A DNA stretch of 63,917 nucleotides, the filler included, from Pelomyxa schiedti (taxonomy: Eukaryota; Protista; Evosea), in assembly GCA_020536535.1 (NCBI GenBank). It is 11 parts of 11 records of this genome, joined end to end, with 100 filler letters (N's around TTAATTAATTAA, not from the genome) between each part and the next. Parts side by side here need not be neighbours in the genome. Positions count along the whole stretch, not along the records: positions 16,227 to 29,885 come from JAHLWZ010000654.1; positions 29,986 to 37,471 come from JAHLWZ010001356.1; 9 more parts are not named here. One strand, 5' to 3'. The translations under genes were made by a program, and so were the position numbers. Under the pieces are notes generated by a model, which was not told the origin of the DNA, searched no databases, and was given only the letters and a program-made list of their open reading frames with translations. Positions 22,801-36,000 of the stretch are shown piece after piece (the stretch's first letter is position 1; the number at the start of each line of letters is the position of its first letter).

Positions 22801-24557
22801 ACCTGGGTGACTCTGAGTTGCTGCGTCCAGTACATGGCAAGCTTCACCAGCGATGACAACATTTGAAATGTTACTCTTGAGTACGTGAACGGCACAAGCA
22901 ATTCCACCAGCCTGGGCAAAGGATGTACGGTTCTCTGAAATATAATGAGATTATATGTGGGCTCAAACTTGTACATACCTTTGTTCCAGATAGCAAACAA
23001 CGAATGGAAGATGTGTACCATTTGCTTTTCTGCCTCAGTGGCCTCGGTCGTTGTGGAGGAGGGAGGGCTTGTGGGAGTGGAAGAAAAAGAGGATGAGAAA
23101 GAATTAAGAGCCGCTTCAATGTTTGCAGTGTTAAGCTGTGCCTATTATGAGAAAATGAATTTTCTATTTGCGCCAGAAAGTATTATTTACTTTCACTCCC
23201 ACAGAAGTCATGCTTAAAGTGGCTGCTTTTTCTGAAGAGCTGAGAGGGGCTGTTTGACCCAGTTGCTCGATTTTCATCAAGGTGTCGGCTGCGTTTGTTG
23301 GGTTATTATTCCCTGAAAGACTTTCCAATAACTGGCTAACATAAGTGAGGGGTACAAAGTTTTTAAAAGAAGACCTGTATCTTAGAAGTGAGGCTGGAGG
23401 CTTTGCCAGCTAACGTTTCGACAGCTTCAGTTCGTTTCAGACTAAGTTGCTGAGCTGTTGATCTTATCTTCGCAAAATGATCTGTGACCATTTGGTGTAG
23501 CCTTCACAATAGTCACGTAAAGATAAATATTAAGAAATGAAAAAGTACCTTTGCTCACTTTCATTAACAGCTTCAATGACTTCACCTTCTCCAGCGATTT
23601 GGTTTTTATGGTGTGCTGAGAGAATAGGAAGCAGCTCGTTTACCTGCCCGGAGCAGTGAAGAATCTCCAACATAACTTCCTGCAGTGTTCTGTTTGACGG
23701 TAAGGACATTCAGAAAAAAGACAGGACACACTTTTTTGTTCCAGTGGTAGCATCCTGTGTGGAACTGGTAGTGGTAGCTGGGGTTGGAGATGGTGACTTT
23801 GATGGTGAATCAGTTGTGGCAGAACTTTCTGTTTTACCAGGAGCATCGGTAGAGGCCAGTTTCGTTTGTTCTGTAACAGGAATAAACAAAAAGTACTCAT
23901 AATGGAAAACTGTAAAGTGCCAGTTGGGTAAGACATACTAAGATGGGCAGATGTGGATGCAAAGTCCACAGGTACACCGGCTGGTGATAAGATTAAGTCG
24001 GCCCTGCAAACTGGACACTGAACTGTATCTACACCATCGATTACAGTTCTCTTCAGCAGAGCATTGCACCCAGTGCACAACGAATGACCACACGGAAATT
24101 CCACATCCTAATTCACTTTTCAGTTAAATAACATCTCTACACTCTCCTATCTCGCATCCCATATCCCCCTTTACATTACCCTCACTTATATATATAAAAA
24201 AAATATACTTCTACTCCGCCCCTTCCCCTCCACAACACAATTAGAAAAAGTAACATTGCATGAAATCGAATAAGATCGAGTACAATAAGATAGGATAGAG
24301 TAGACTCGAATGCAATAGGATAGAACAAGAAGATATACCTTGAATGAAACCAAGCACACGGGGCACGAGTTTAGATTGTCGCCCGATGCGGTCGACGACG
24401 ATGCCGACGTGGTACTACCCCCGCTGCTAGTACTGGTACCCCCGCCACTCCCTGTCCCATTATTGCTGCTGTTGTTGCTGCTCGTTGGGTTGATGCTGCT
24501 GTTGCTGTTGGTGCTGCTCGCGCCGCCTGCGTTGCTACTGCCTGTGGTGTCCGACAT
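19849..24557 (-). CDS. RING finger + coiled coil + about 17 armadillo repeats (candidate E3 ligase)
   Basis: CPVCLVSF..|..FPCGHSLCTGC...CPVCR at about 24350-24000. Tandem 42-aa ARM repeats (xNQxxIAxEGGIxxVLxAMKxHPxxxxVQxxACGALWNLA) from about 22750 to 19850. The link between RING and ARM parts through 22800-23900 is inferred from in-frame GT-AG exons. Confidence 0.75.
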
Positions 24558-24868
24558 GTAGGGACCGAAAGTGTGGGAAGCGAGAGTGGGGGTTTTTTTG
24601 TCGGATTGGTTTGTTGGTTGGTTGGGTTTTTTTCGGTTACGAGAGGGGGGTTGTCGCGGGACACTAACAGCAACAACGCCGGGGGACGAAAACAAAAAAA
24701 AGACCAATTGGGGGTGGAATTCGGTTTTGATGTTTATCAACAGTGCAACCCAAAAGAAATTGATTGATGGCGATGATTGGTGGTGTTGTGAGTGACATAG
24801 TGGGTGATTGTGCAGTATGCTTGTTCTGTGTGCTTAAATAGGAATACTGCCCAGAATAGATAGGTATA

Positions 24869-27800
24869 TCACGAGTCGGAGGCAGCAGTGGTGCTCCGGG
24901 CACGTTTGGGGTCCGGCTCTCTGTTTGGTTGTGAGTGGAGATAGTAGGGATTGGGAAGGAATACTTGGGGTTCTCGGAGGCAGATTCCTTATCTGTTGCT
25001 TTTTCTTTATCTTTGTCCCGGTCTTTGGGCTTGCTGTGTTCTTCGTCTTTTTCTTTTTCCCGGTCTTTGTCTTTGTGGTGGGGAGAGGAACGGGAGGATC
25101 GGTGTTTGTGCCTGTGGTGATGCTTGGGCTTCTCTTCGCGTTCTTCCGCAGGTTTTTTATCCACTTCAGGTTGTACGGGTGGGGCTGCTTCTTTGGTAGT
25201 AGAAGATGAATCCTCGGCTTCACCAACGGCAGTAGGTGCTGAAGGAGTTGCAGTTGCATCCAGAGGTATTTCAGCAGGTTTTTCTGTTCCGGGTTCTGTT
25301 GCTGTTGGAGAGTTTTTGGAGGATTTTCTTGAGCTTTTCTCCTTATCGTGCTTTGCTTTATGGTGCTCCCCCTTGCTTCTACTAGTACTTCTGCTCTCCC
25401 TCTTGTGAGCTCCCCTTTTCCGACTTGTTCTGCTCCTACTCCTACTCNNNNNNNNNNNNNNNNNNNNNNNNNNNNNNNNNNNNNNNNNNNNNNNNNNNNN
25501 NNNNNNNNNNNNNNNNNNNNNNNNNNNNNNNNNNNNNNNNNNNNNNNTCTTGAGCTTTTCTCCTTATCGTGCTTTGCTTTATGGTGCTCCCCCTTGCTTC
25601 TACTAGTACTTCTGCTCTCCCTCTTGTGAGCTCCCCTTTTCCGACTTGTTCTGCTCCTACTCCTACTCCTACTCCTACTCTTGCTCTTCCGGCTCTTTTT
25701 TCTCTTGCTGGCACTCCTGCTTCTCGTTTTACTTCTACTCTTACTTTCCCTACTCTTTCTGTGTTTCCTCCCTCTACTTCTACTTGTGTCGCGACTGTGA
25801 CCGCGACTGTGACTTCTCTTTCTGCTTGAGGTTTCTGTTGTTGCCTTTTCCATAGGGGCAGGTTGCTCTGAAGGTACGTTTGGAGTTGCTTTTGGTGAGG
25901 CCGCAGTTGCTGTCACTTCAGGCGTAGTTACATTTGCAGTTGCCGGCGGTGACACCATTGTGCTATCAGCGGTTTTTCCAGTAGTGAGACTGGGTACAGT
26001 TGCTTCTCCCGTGGTTGATTTCGCTTTTCGATCTTGGCTCTTACTATCTTTCCTCTTTTGGCTTCGGCTACGCTCTTTACTTCTGCTTCTTTGTCTTCTA
26101 CTATGAGACCTACTGTGCCGGGCCCTGCTCCTGCTCCTACTACTGCTACTTTTGCTTCTACTCCTACTTCTTGTTCTACTTCTGCTTCTACTCCTGCGGA
26201 ATGTTCGGTACCTATTGCGTGTTAAAAGATAGATAAATCAAATCCTGCATTATAAACCTGTGACTATGTCTCTCTCGGCTTGAACTCCGCTGTCTTGTGG
26301 AACCTATAATATTGTTCTATTAGAAGAGGTTTTGTTTTGGAAGAGGCTTGTTGGGATCGATGTTAATTGTGATGTTCGTCATCAGTGTTCCCCTACACAG
26401 TGCAGGAGGGTGGGGGGGATGTAAAAATGGAAAGAAACAAAAAGTAGAAGGAAAGAAAATAGAGGCAACTCTGTTCCGCACAGCAATAATCTACACGAGA
26501 AAGCAAACACCAACCAAAAGAAAAAAAGAAATAATAAGAGAGAGCTGGTTGTGGAGGTTTGGATTGTTGTATACTATTGATAGAAGTTTCTTTTGGAGAA
26601 ACATACCATCAGAACTTAGACCCAGCTTTCTGTTGATTGACATCAATGCAACCCTTACAGCATCCTGGGCTTCTCTTTCCCTTCTTGGGTCTGGAGGGCG
26701 TGCGATTGGCTTAACGATAGGGTTTTTGGAATGGTTAACCCTGCGTTAGGTTAGAATAAGATTTTACAAATGGAAGACAACTTGATGGGTCTATCAACAA
26801 GGTTCGTCCCATTTAACGCAAGTGCAGCTGTAGCAGCCCCAATTGTCTCGAATTCGATGAAAGCAAACCGAGCCGGATGAGATTCGTCCCCAGCCATCCG
26901 ACAAAATCCTATGGGACCACATGCCTATCATAAGTTAAGTAAAGTGGCTATAGTACTAGTAAAAACCTGAAAAAAGGACATTAACTGTTCAGCAGTAATC
27001 TATGTGGAAAGGAAGTTGTTAAATCTTTATTTAGGCATGTCTCCTATACAACCCCAACAATATAGGAGGGGTGGAAGGGAAAAGTGCGGGGAAGTATTTA
27101 GAAAGTGAAGTGCAGCAGTAAATGTCTTGTATTATAATGTGAAAATGTGGCCCACCTTTCCATTGATGTTTCCGACATATATTGTACGGGCAACTTCGTC
27201 GGCGTTTTGCATATTTCCACCCATACCTGACTATAAAGTGTCAATAAATAATCACAATCAGGAAGCTGTATACCTTTGCTAACGTTCGGTGAGCTTCCTC
27301 TTGAGATTCACCACCTGTTGAACTCGGGGGTGCAACTCCTAGCCTTTGGAGAGCTGCTAACGGATTTGCAGCTGCGGACGCAGCTAGAGTTGCCAACTGA
27401 GGAGGAATAAGGCCTGATCCATTGGATTGTTGTTGGTTAAAACATGGCAAACCCACAGAAAACAGACACCTGACATAAGTATTGGCGGTCCAATCGATGT
27501 AGGCACAACAGAAGGAGAGCTTGTTGCAGATGGCAGAACAGGAATACTAGGTGCGTTTGCTCTATGTCTACGTTTAAAAAAAGAAAGAACAACCAACAGG
27601 AAAAGTGTTTAATTTAGTTATTTATTTCCTTATTTATTTTTTTTTCACAAACACTGTTTGTACCCATCAGCCAGAGTAACAATGATGGCTTTTCCAAGTA
27701 AAGTAGTGCCATTAAGAAGCAACGCGGTGGTGCAGTGCTGCGGTTGCTCGAACACAACCAAATATTGCTTCGTGTCGGTAGTCGGATTGAACCTATGCCG

Positions 27801-28028
27801 TGCTCGTTAATAACAATAACAATAATAAACAACGAGGGGGGGGCGTGCGTACCCCAGAGTTTTCATGCCGACTACGGTCCCGACGTTGCCGAAGAACTGT
27901 TGCAGGATGTCCGGCGTCACTGCCGACGCCACGTTGTGCACGAATATCGCCTTCTTACTCGCTCCCCCAGATCCAGGCCCCCCACCTGGTGGGGCCTTGT
28001 TGCTGCTGCTACCACCATCTCCCTCCAT
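24869..28028 (-). CDS. SR-related splicing regulator with two RRMs and an RS/KE-rich tail (SREK1/SRSF11-like)
   Basis: RRM1 KAIFVHNVASAVTPDILQQFFG. RRM2 ADEVARTIYVGN...CRMAGDESHPARFAFIEF...VNHSKNPIVKP, typical of the SRSF11/SREK1 family. Long RS-dipeptide region interrupted by an assembly gap with a 121-bp duplication. Confidence 0.8.
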
Positions 28029-28173
28029 TTTTTTGATTGGTTTCTGTGTGGGGCACTTCAGCTGATCTGGGTGCTCTCTGGCAGAGAATCGAATAGGGGC
28101 CGCCCCCCAACTGCTCCTCTACTGTACCTCTGGAGTGTGTGTGTTGTCGGGCAGAACGAACTGGAAGTGAAAT

Positions 28174-29885
28174 GTGGAAAACTTAGCCAACGTCTTGGGG
28201 CTTCTTCTAGCCACCACAACAGCACGCACTTCAACCACGTCAACCACGGGGAAACTTGGGACCACCCCCATCTCCACGGTTTCCACCGCGTCGTCGTCGT
28301 CTTCGTCGTCGTGGGTGGCGGTGGTGGGGCACGAGGGGGGGGTTCGTGTCGGCGGCCAAGCAGCGGGACGGGTTCTTCGCTGGGCTCGGGCGTACGCCGG
28401 CCAGGGTGCAGGAGCTCATGGCGGCGACGGGCGGGGCAGCGTCGTCGTGGCTGCCAACTTCAGGCTTGTCGGGGCCATTGCTCATGGGAGCAATGGTGCG
28501 TGTCGCCCACACCTTTTCTTTTTGTCTTGTTTGGTTTTGGTGTTTGTTTGTGGTGTTGCCTTGGCTACACTTGGTAATCTCCAAACAAGGAATTGTGTAT
28601 GAGGTCAAATGCATTGGGAAGGGACACCCTGATTTCTTCAGTAATCACTCTTATGCACTCTATCATTTTACATACAACCGTGGATGGAACCCAGGACAAA
28701 CAAAAGATGCAGGCTTGAACGCCAATCATGATATTAACCACTCATATAAAATCAGGATGGTTGACAATGAAGGCGATTTGTGAAATCCTGAGTGGTCATG
28801 CAATGGAAGACTGCGTTACCACACTGCGTCAGGCATTAGAAGTGGCACCTTTCTTTTCACCTGCCTTACTGGTTCTCTATTATTTATCCTTCAATAAACA
28901 ACATATGAGGACCCTCCATGAAAAGGGAATTCATGCGGCTCTACTGGGAAAGGTGTCACTCACACCCACATATATCGACCTAGCAGTACTGGGTAATGAC
29001 TGCCCCAACAGAGTAACAATCCCAGAATTAGTGTTAAAAATACTGTGGACAAGGCACATATCCTGTGACTTTGTGGCTCATAACCACAACATGCAAGTTC
29101 TATTGGAAAAGAGACAATCTGTAGTCTGCACTCAGCATCTGCAAGCATCTTCGAATTCTGCTCAGTTTTTCTGTAGTGTTATGTACCCACAAATGAGCTG
29201 ATGCTGGCGGCTCTATTTCTGCTGGAGACCCAAAATATTGACACTGCTGTAGCTCTAGTCTCTGAGGTGAAAACTTTTTTTGAGTGCAATAATGGTACAA
29301 ATATGAAAACTATCTCAACTTCTTAACGTAAGAAGCAGGAACAACACAGTTGTGTTACCTTCCAGCATTGCTGTTTCTGTATGGGCTAAGTTTTATTATC
29401 AATGACCACATCACCCTCCATCAACATACCATCAAACTTGCAGGATTTATTTTCTCGTTCCATCTCTGTTGACCTTTCTTCAATGAGACTCTATTGCATG
29501 TCTGTGATCAATGGAGCACAAAAGATTATTTCAAGGGAGTGGGCAGACTTTCTGGCAGCTGTGCAATCACAACAGCTCTCATGGGCCTGCAAATACTTTG
29601 CTGCCTTGTGGAAAATGTTCTGTTCTGAACAAGGAGGTGCAAGTGGTTTCCTTTGGGTGGAATTAAACACAGAACATGCCAGTAATACTGGGGAACAGCC
29701 TTCCATTACCAGTGCTACTGCTACTGTTGGATTACTTCCCACACCTACACCCCTGTGTTATTGGGATGGTGCAGGGGTTGTGACTGACCACAGCAAGGCT
29801 GCATTACTTTTCAAGAAGGCCACTGATTTTTGTGATTACGAGGCAATGAACTGCCTTGCTCTGTGTTATCAAGAAGGACTTGGTG
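28174..29885 (+). CDS. Lineage-specific protein ending in Sel1-like repeats (3' truncated; exon structure uncertain)
   Basis: CYWDGAGVVTDHSKAALLFKKATDFCDYEAMNCLALCYQEGLG is a Sel1/TPR consensus. Upstream exons are only partly resolvable and may include a frameshift near a G-run at about 28340. Confidence 0.5.
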
Positions 29886-29985
29886 NNNNNNNNNNNNNNN
29901 NNNNNNNNNNNNNNNNNNNNNNNNNNNNNTTAATTAATTAANNNNNNNNNNNNNNNNNNNNNNNNNNNNNNNNNNNNNNNNNNNN

Positions 29986-32900
29986 GCAAGTGACACGTTC
30001 GTCATTGATGACGACCTTCTAGCATGTATTGACGAAATGGACAAGTTCGATTCTAAGCCACAATCGACTCCTCTCTCTGCCACAAGGGAACAAAAGGTGA
30101 ACGCACTTCATCACCCACCAATTTCCAAAGGACCTGCGGCTGTAAACAAGCCAAAAATTGATAGCATAACCAATAGACAAGCCAGTGCCCCAAAGATACC
30201 ACACTCCCATGATACAGTAATCCCAGTCATCTCACCTGCACCAAAAAGACCTAGAGTATCCCATCTAGTACACACTCCTCCAGTTCAGGATCTTACTGAT
30301 GGAGACCATTTGACATTTGACAAAAATGCAATTGACACATGGATATACCCAAGTAATTCCTTGTTCTTGAAGAGATTTAATATTGTACCCTTAAGCACCT
30401 TATGCAATGGTGTACAGGTAATGTGTCAAGAAGAACCTATCAAGTTGAAATCGTTCAATCAGCTTTAACAGCAAATACACTTGTTTGTCTTCCAACGGGC
30501 CTTGGGAAAACGTTGATTGCTGCTGTTCTCATGTATAATTACCTCAGATGGTTCCCTGCAGGTATTGCAACACCTAAGTTCATAATTATCCCTAAGTGGA
30601 GAAAGGTAAAGTGGTATTCATGGCTGCATCCAAGATTTTGGTCAATCAGCAAATGATTGCCTGTCAGCAAATTATAGAAAAGGTTCCAAACTGCATGTCA
30701 TCTTGAAAACCAAACCACAATAGGATTTGATGAGTGAAATGACAGGCGCAACCAGCCCAGCCAAACGATCAAATCCATGGCAAGAAAAGAGGCTTTTCTT
30801 CTTGAGTCCCCACGTTTTTGTAAATGATCTCAAAAGTGGTAAATAAACCCATTCTCTCTTAAACTTGCCAAGAAATTAATTTTATTATATTCCAGGAATG
30901 TGTCCAGGTCAAAAAATTGTGTGCATTGTTTTTGATGAAGCGCATAAGGCACAGGGAAATCATGCTTATGTGCAAGTAATGCAGCAGCTTTCAAATATTC
31001 ATAAGAATTTCCGCGTTCTTGCTCTTAGTGCTTCTCCTGGAGGTGAGTCCTCTTTTATTGTAATTGTTGATCTCAATCCTTTTTTGAGGCCAGCCAATTC
31101 AGCGGCGTTACAAAGTCTTGTTAATAATCTTATGATTAATAACATTGAAGTAAGAACGGAGGAACGTGATGATGTAAAAGAATACCTTCATAACAGAGAG
31201 ATTGAAGTGATACCTGTACTTTCTTCCGTTCTACTTCCTGATTTACTCACTGTCTCTCCCAATTAGGTTTCATTAGGCACACTGACGGAAGTGAAAACTG
31301 AACTGGAAGCAGTTTTGCATGGGGCTGTTAACGACCTTGTTAGTTCTGGAGTGTACTATGACCGAAACGTTCAAAAGGGGTCAAAGTATAAGCTCCTTGT
31401 CGCCCGTGATGCTTGGAGGACCAAAATATCTGTTACCAAAGATTACTCTGACCAAAATTTGATTGCCTCTATTGGTATAGAGCTGGATTGAGCTGGATTG
31501 TACCACCGGTGTTCACCTTTTTTCTCAGAAGGGAACTTCGCCATTGGAATGACTTTGTTTCACGCCTACAGTTTGCTGCTCCAACATGGTTTGGAACCTT
31601 TTATTGCCTTTGTCAAGAAGAAAGCGCAGTTGTGTACCGGCATTTCACTAAAGTGTTTCTGACAATATACCCTCACCTCAGAACTACCCGGAACAATAAA
31701 GAAAAAGAGCTCTTCTGCAGTCCCCAATGGAAGAACGTAATGAAATTAGCTGAAAGCCATTACGGCGGCTCTTCGAATCACCCAAAGTTATCAAAACTGG
31801 AAGAGATTGTCAAGGAACACTTCGGTATCTGTGGTGGGAAAATCCAATAATTATCACACAACCCAGAAACGCAGCCAGATAGCAGGGTCATGATATTCAC
31901 TCAGTACCGGGACAGTGTGAAGTACTTTTCCCGGATCAGGTTTCCTTGATTTATTCATGCCAACAATATATTCTTTCAGTGACATAGCATTATTGCTGAA
32001 GAGTTGTGAACCACTTGTACACGTTATGACACTGGTGGGTCAATCAAAAGGTGTATGCTTCGCAGAATTGTGTTGTTGTAACTGAATAAACAGAACGGGG
32101 AGGTCCGGGACTCAGTCAAAAAGAACAAATTCAAATTTTAAATGTGCACCCTGCCAATTCCCTTTTACTCTTACCGTAATTAGGATTTCCGTAAAGGTCT
32201 TTATAATACACTTGTGGCTACCTGTATTGGGGAAGAAGGTCTCGATATAGGTTGACTTTTCCGGCAGTACCTTGCTGTGTGGCTCTTGTTCTCATTTTCC
32301 TCCAGGGGATGTGGATTTGATTGTATGTTTTGATGCCCACTTGTCCCCCACAAGGCTGGTCCAGCGTATGGGAAGGACAGGAAGAAAGCGTGACGGACGA
32401 GTTGGTATAGACAGAATTCCAAAACCCTCTTCTCCCTGACCATCTCAAACAGTTATGCTTGTGACGGAGGGACCAGAACAAGAAACATACTTTAAAAGTA
32501 AACAGCGTGCCAATACTATGTACAAAAGACTGTCAAATACAGCTTCCTTGATGATGTATCCTGATGTACCAAGAATGGTATTACCAGAAAGCATAACCCA
32601 CTGAACCCATGGGGAAAAAAAAGATTCCTGAGGACATTCAGCCGAAACTTGTGGAAACTCCTTTAGGGGAAGAAAGTGTAATAAGAAATGTCAGTGAAAC
32701 GGTTTCATTCCAAGCCCCGAATAGCTGCCGTGCTTCAAAACCTCTCGGCACTGGGGGTCTCACTGAAGACCAGCGAATGTACTTGATCTCAACCTATGGC
32801 TTCACCACTTCACATGAGATTGCACTCTCCAAGAATTCCGCCTCGGCGTGTCATTCTATACCGACCCCTGTGTCAAAGGTTTACTTCAATTTCTCAGATT

Positions 32901-35700
32901 TTATAACTTATGGTAGGTGCCTCACTCCTCGAGGACACTAAGTCTGATTAGACTGAGTAGATTTATTCAAGAAAGGAATGCTTCAGATGACACTTATTCC
33001 ACTCAGGTAATATTAATTCTAAGTAACTCATTTTCTAAAATTCATAAGATGACAGCATTGTACAAGTCAAAAGACTTGCAAGGCAAATATTCCAAAACTC
33101 AAAAAAGTTCAGAGAGTGAGAGTGGAAGTGAAGGGGAGGGGGACATTCCAAGTGAAGGAGAAAGTGAAAACAGATACGATACCCATATCTACAATACATC
33201 ACATACGAACATTCACCCAACCCGACTGGAATCGGCAGCAAAAATTTCAGGCATTTCAAGTACAAAAGAATCCAAAGATGACGCAGCAAATGTACTTGCA
33301 CACCCAAGAAAGTCTTTTCCTAAACCTCTCAACACCGAGTTGCCCACAGGAAATCATAGTAACATCCCCGTAACCCCCATTTCAACAAGTCCGCTTAACT
33401 GCGATATGGCGGAATTTGACCCTTGGAGTGTTGGGGGTGTTGTACACAATTCAACATCTACCTCTACTTCTACATCTACATCTGTGTCTATATCTCCATC
33501 TACCTCTACCTCGAGCAAACTGTGTGAGCCAAGAAATCTGCAGCATAACACAGATAATATAAGCTACCAACACCCGCAACTGGCATCCACAGATTTCTCG
33601 GAGAATGAAAAATCCACCACCAATCACGGCTCCTCAGGTCTTGATTCCAGAGGTTGCGACTCCCCGCAGTTTCCTCAGGTGATTGGAGTGACTGATAATG
33701 AGGACTTGAGTGGCACTAATTCACCTTTTACACTTTCTCCCTCCTGCATCCCTCATAATGGTATGGCGTAACTGACAGCCTTACCTAATATGAAATAGAT
33801 TCACCACCTCTCAGTCCGGTGCTTCCAGTTGATTTGCCGGCAACCCAAGATTTAGAGATTCCATCACCACCAACCAATATCCACAATCTGTCAACCGATT
33901 CTCAAGCAGAACCACCACTATCCCCACATACAGAAAACGGTAGTAAGCCTAATGCATCACCTGCCCCTCTTTTCATCTCTCCCGCCACTGAAAGTAAAAC
34001 GAGCCCAGCAGCCAAGGCACCCCAGCTGACACCCGTTTCCAAACCATTTAGCCGTCGAAGAAGGTCTGGCTTCCCCTCCCAAAGTAAAATAAGGTAACAA
34101 ATACATTCTCCCAGGTTGAAAACACCACCTTCCAGCAGCAAGAGTCCCCAGGAAGAACAACCCCGCAAAAAAGAAAGCTTAGACGCCAACAACAATGACA
34201 CCTATCTCGACGACGAAGCTGTGTATGTAGCACAGCGATGAAACCCTGGTCCGTACCTTACAAAATCCTCTCAGAAACGTTGATAATCCACTCAACGATG
34301 ATGACGAAAGTGAGGAAGAAGAATATGAAGGTGAGACTGATGGCATCATAGCAAACTACTCCTGTTCTTCCCAAGCTACTTCTCCTGCCTCTATGCATGC
34401 TCTCTACCTGTACAGTTTTTTTCCTCAATTTTCTTCTGAATAATATCTAGAAATTCATTGTCCTCACAGAGACTGCCTCGCGGCTTTACCGCCCACAAAA
34501 TACAAAATAAATTCACCAATTCCATGCGACAAGTGGCAGAGAAATTAGAAAGAGAAATGAAAGCCAAAAAAGAAGCCGTCAAGAGTGAGGCCGATAACAG
34601 TAAAGAAGTGGAATCAAGTACAGAAAAAGTTGCGGAAAAACAATTAGGTTCGTGTGCATCCCTTCTTAAGAGTGTGACCCCACCTGCTGATCAACAGTAA
34701 GTTTTTTTCCTTATGTATCTTTTTTCACCAAAGCAAAAGGTGTACAGATGAGAATGCTAGTAACCTGAAAAACCCTGTAGATGCTGACAGCACGGAGGGC
34801 GGCACCCACACTGTGAGTTCTTTGCACCACACCACCAAAGTCTGCACCAGGTCTTCAACAATTTTTGCTGCACAGGAGGAGTTCAGATATGTTGTATGCC
34901 AGTTGACTTTGGAATTATTTTTCATTCATTGCATTTCATAGGACACCCGAAGTGTAGTGAAGTTGCTCTCAGCCATGAGCCACGATTCTGTGGTTGTTAG
35001 TGTGATTTCTTGTTTTGACTGCACACATGGATCAAGTTTTCTGATGGGAACAACCGAATCCCCTATTTGTATTGTCAGACTATTTCCGGTTTGCTAACAT
35101 TTAACGCCACAAAGAACCTAAAATGTGATTTAGAGTGTACTTATCAATTCTCCTTCCCGAGCTGATTCTGTCATAGCACTCACACATAAGTACAACAATA
35201 TACACGTAATCATTGAGAGGGATCGTAGTCAAAACAGGGACACTGGCAGGTACTTTTTCCCCTTTTAAAACAAAAGGTCACAACGCAAACAGAAAGGGAA
35301 CTTCAATTCCAGCACTTCAAGCACTCCAAAATACAGCCGGCATAATATTGCTGGATTCCAACTCCCCAGAAGATACAGCTGACATAATTATGGGAATCGC
35401 TGACCTTGCACCAGAAGAGACCATACCTCCTAAACATACACCATCGTCCATCTCCCAGTTCATCGCCGACCATCATAGCGTATGCTCTAACCCAATGAAA
35501 AGGATAGATAACAGCTAACACACTTCCTTCTGTTCACACACAGGACATCAACCTTCTGCAAGACTGCCCGGTTGTAACCTTCCAGGCCGCTTTACAGATA
35601 CTAGCAAGTGAAGTTGATATAGATTCTGTCCTTCAAGGGTAACGCACTCCTCCATTCATTAATAAAAAAAACCCTCGCAGCCACCACCAAACCCAACCAA
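29986..35700 (+). CDS. FANCM: FANCM/Mph1 DEAH-box helicase/translocase, multi-exon (5' truncated; 3' end approximate)
   Basis: [92 protein letters not shown]|[20 protein letters not shown]. Long acidic/Ser-rich linker with YLDDEA. Confidence 0.9.
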
Positions 35701-36000
35701 TAAAATCAAAATCACTGACCCCACGTATAATATATTTCCAGAAACATGACCGCGGAAGCAATAGCGGAACAATCAGGGGTGCCATTGACAACCGCCCGGC
35801 AAGTCGTGTCATTCTTCCACCCTCTCCTTCCCTCCCAAACTTCTGACTTCTTCTCATGATCCCACACACTCGCAACTTTGGGGCTCAGACTTCCAAACAA
35901 ATTTTGTTCAAAAGGAGTGTTGTGCCAGTCGTTTTCCTCCTCACCAAAACAGCTACGAATCATCTCTTTCCAGGAATCATCAAAGCAATGAAACATAATT

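Noticed and set aside
25327-25668. Tandem duplication in the RS domain
   Set aside because: An exact 121-bp overlap across a gap, so an assembly artefact.
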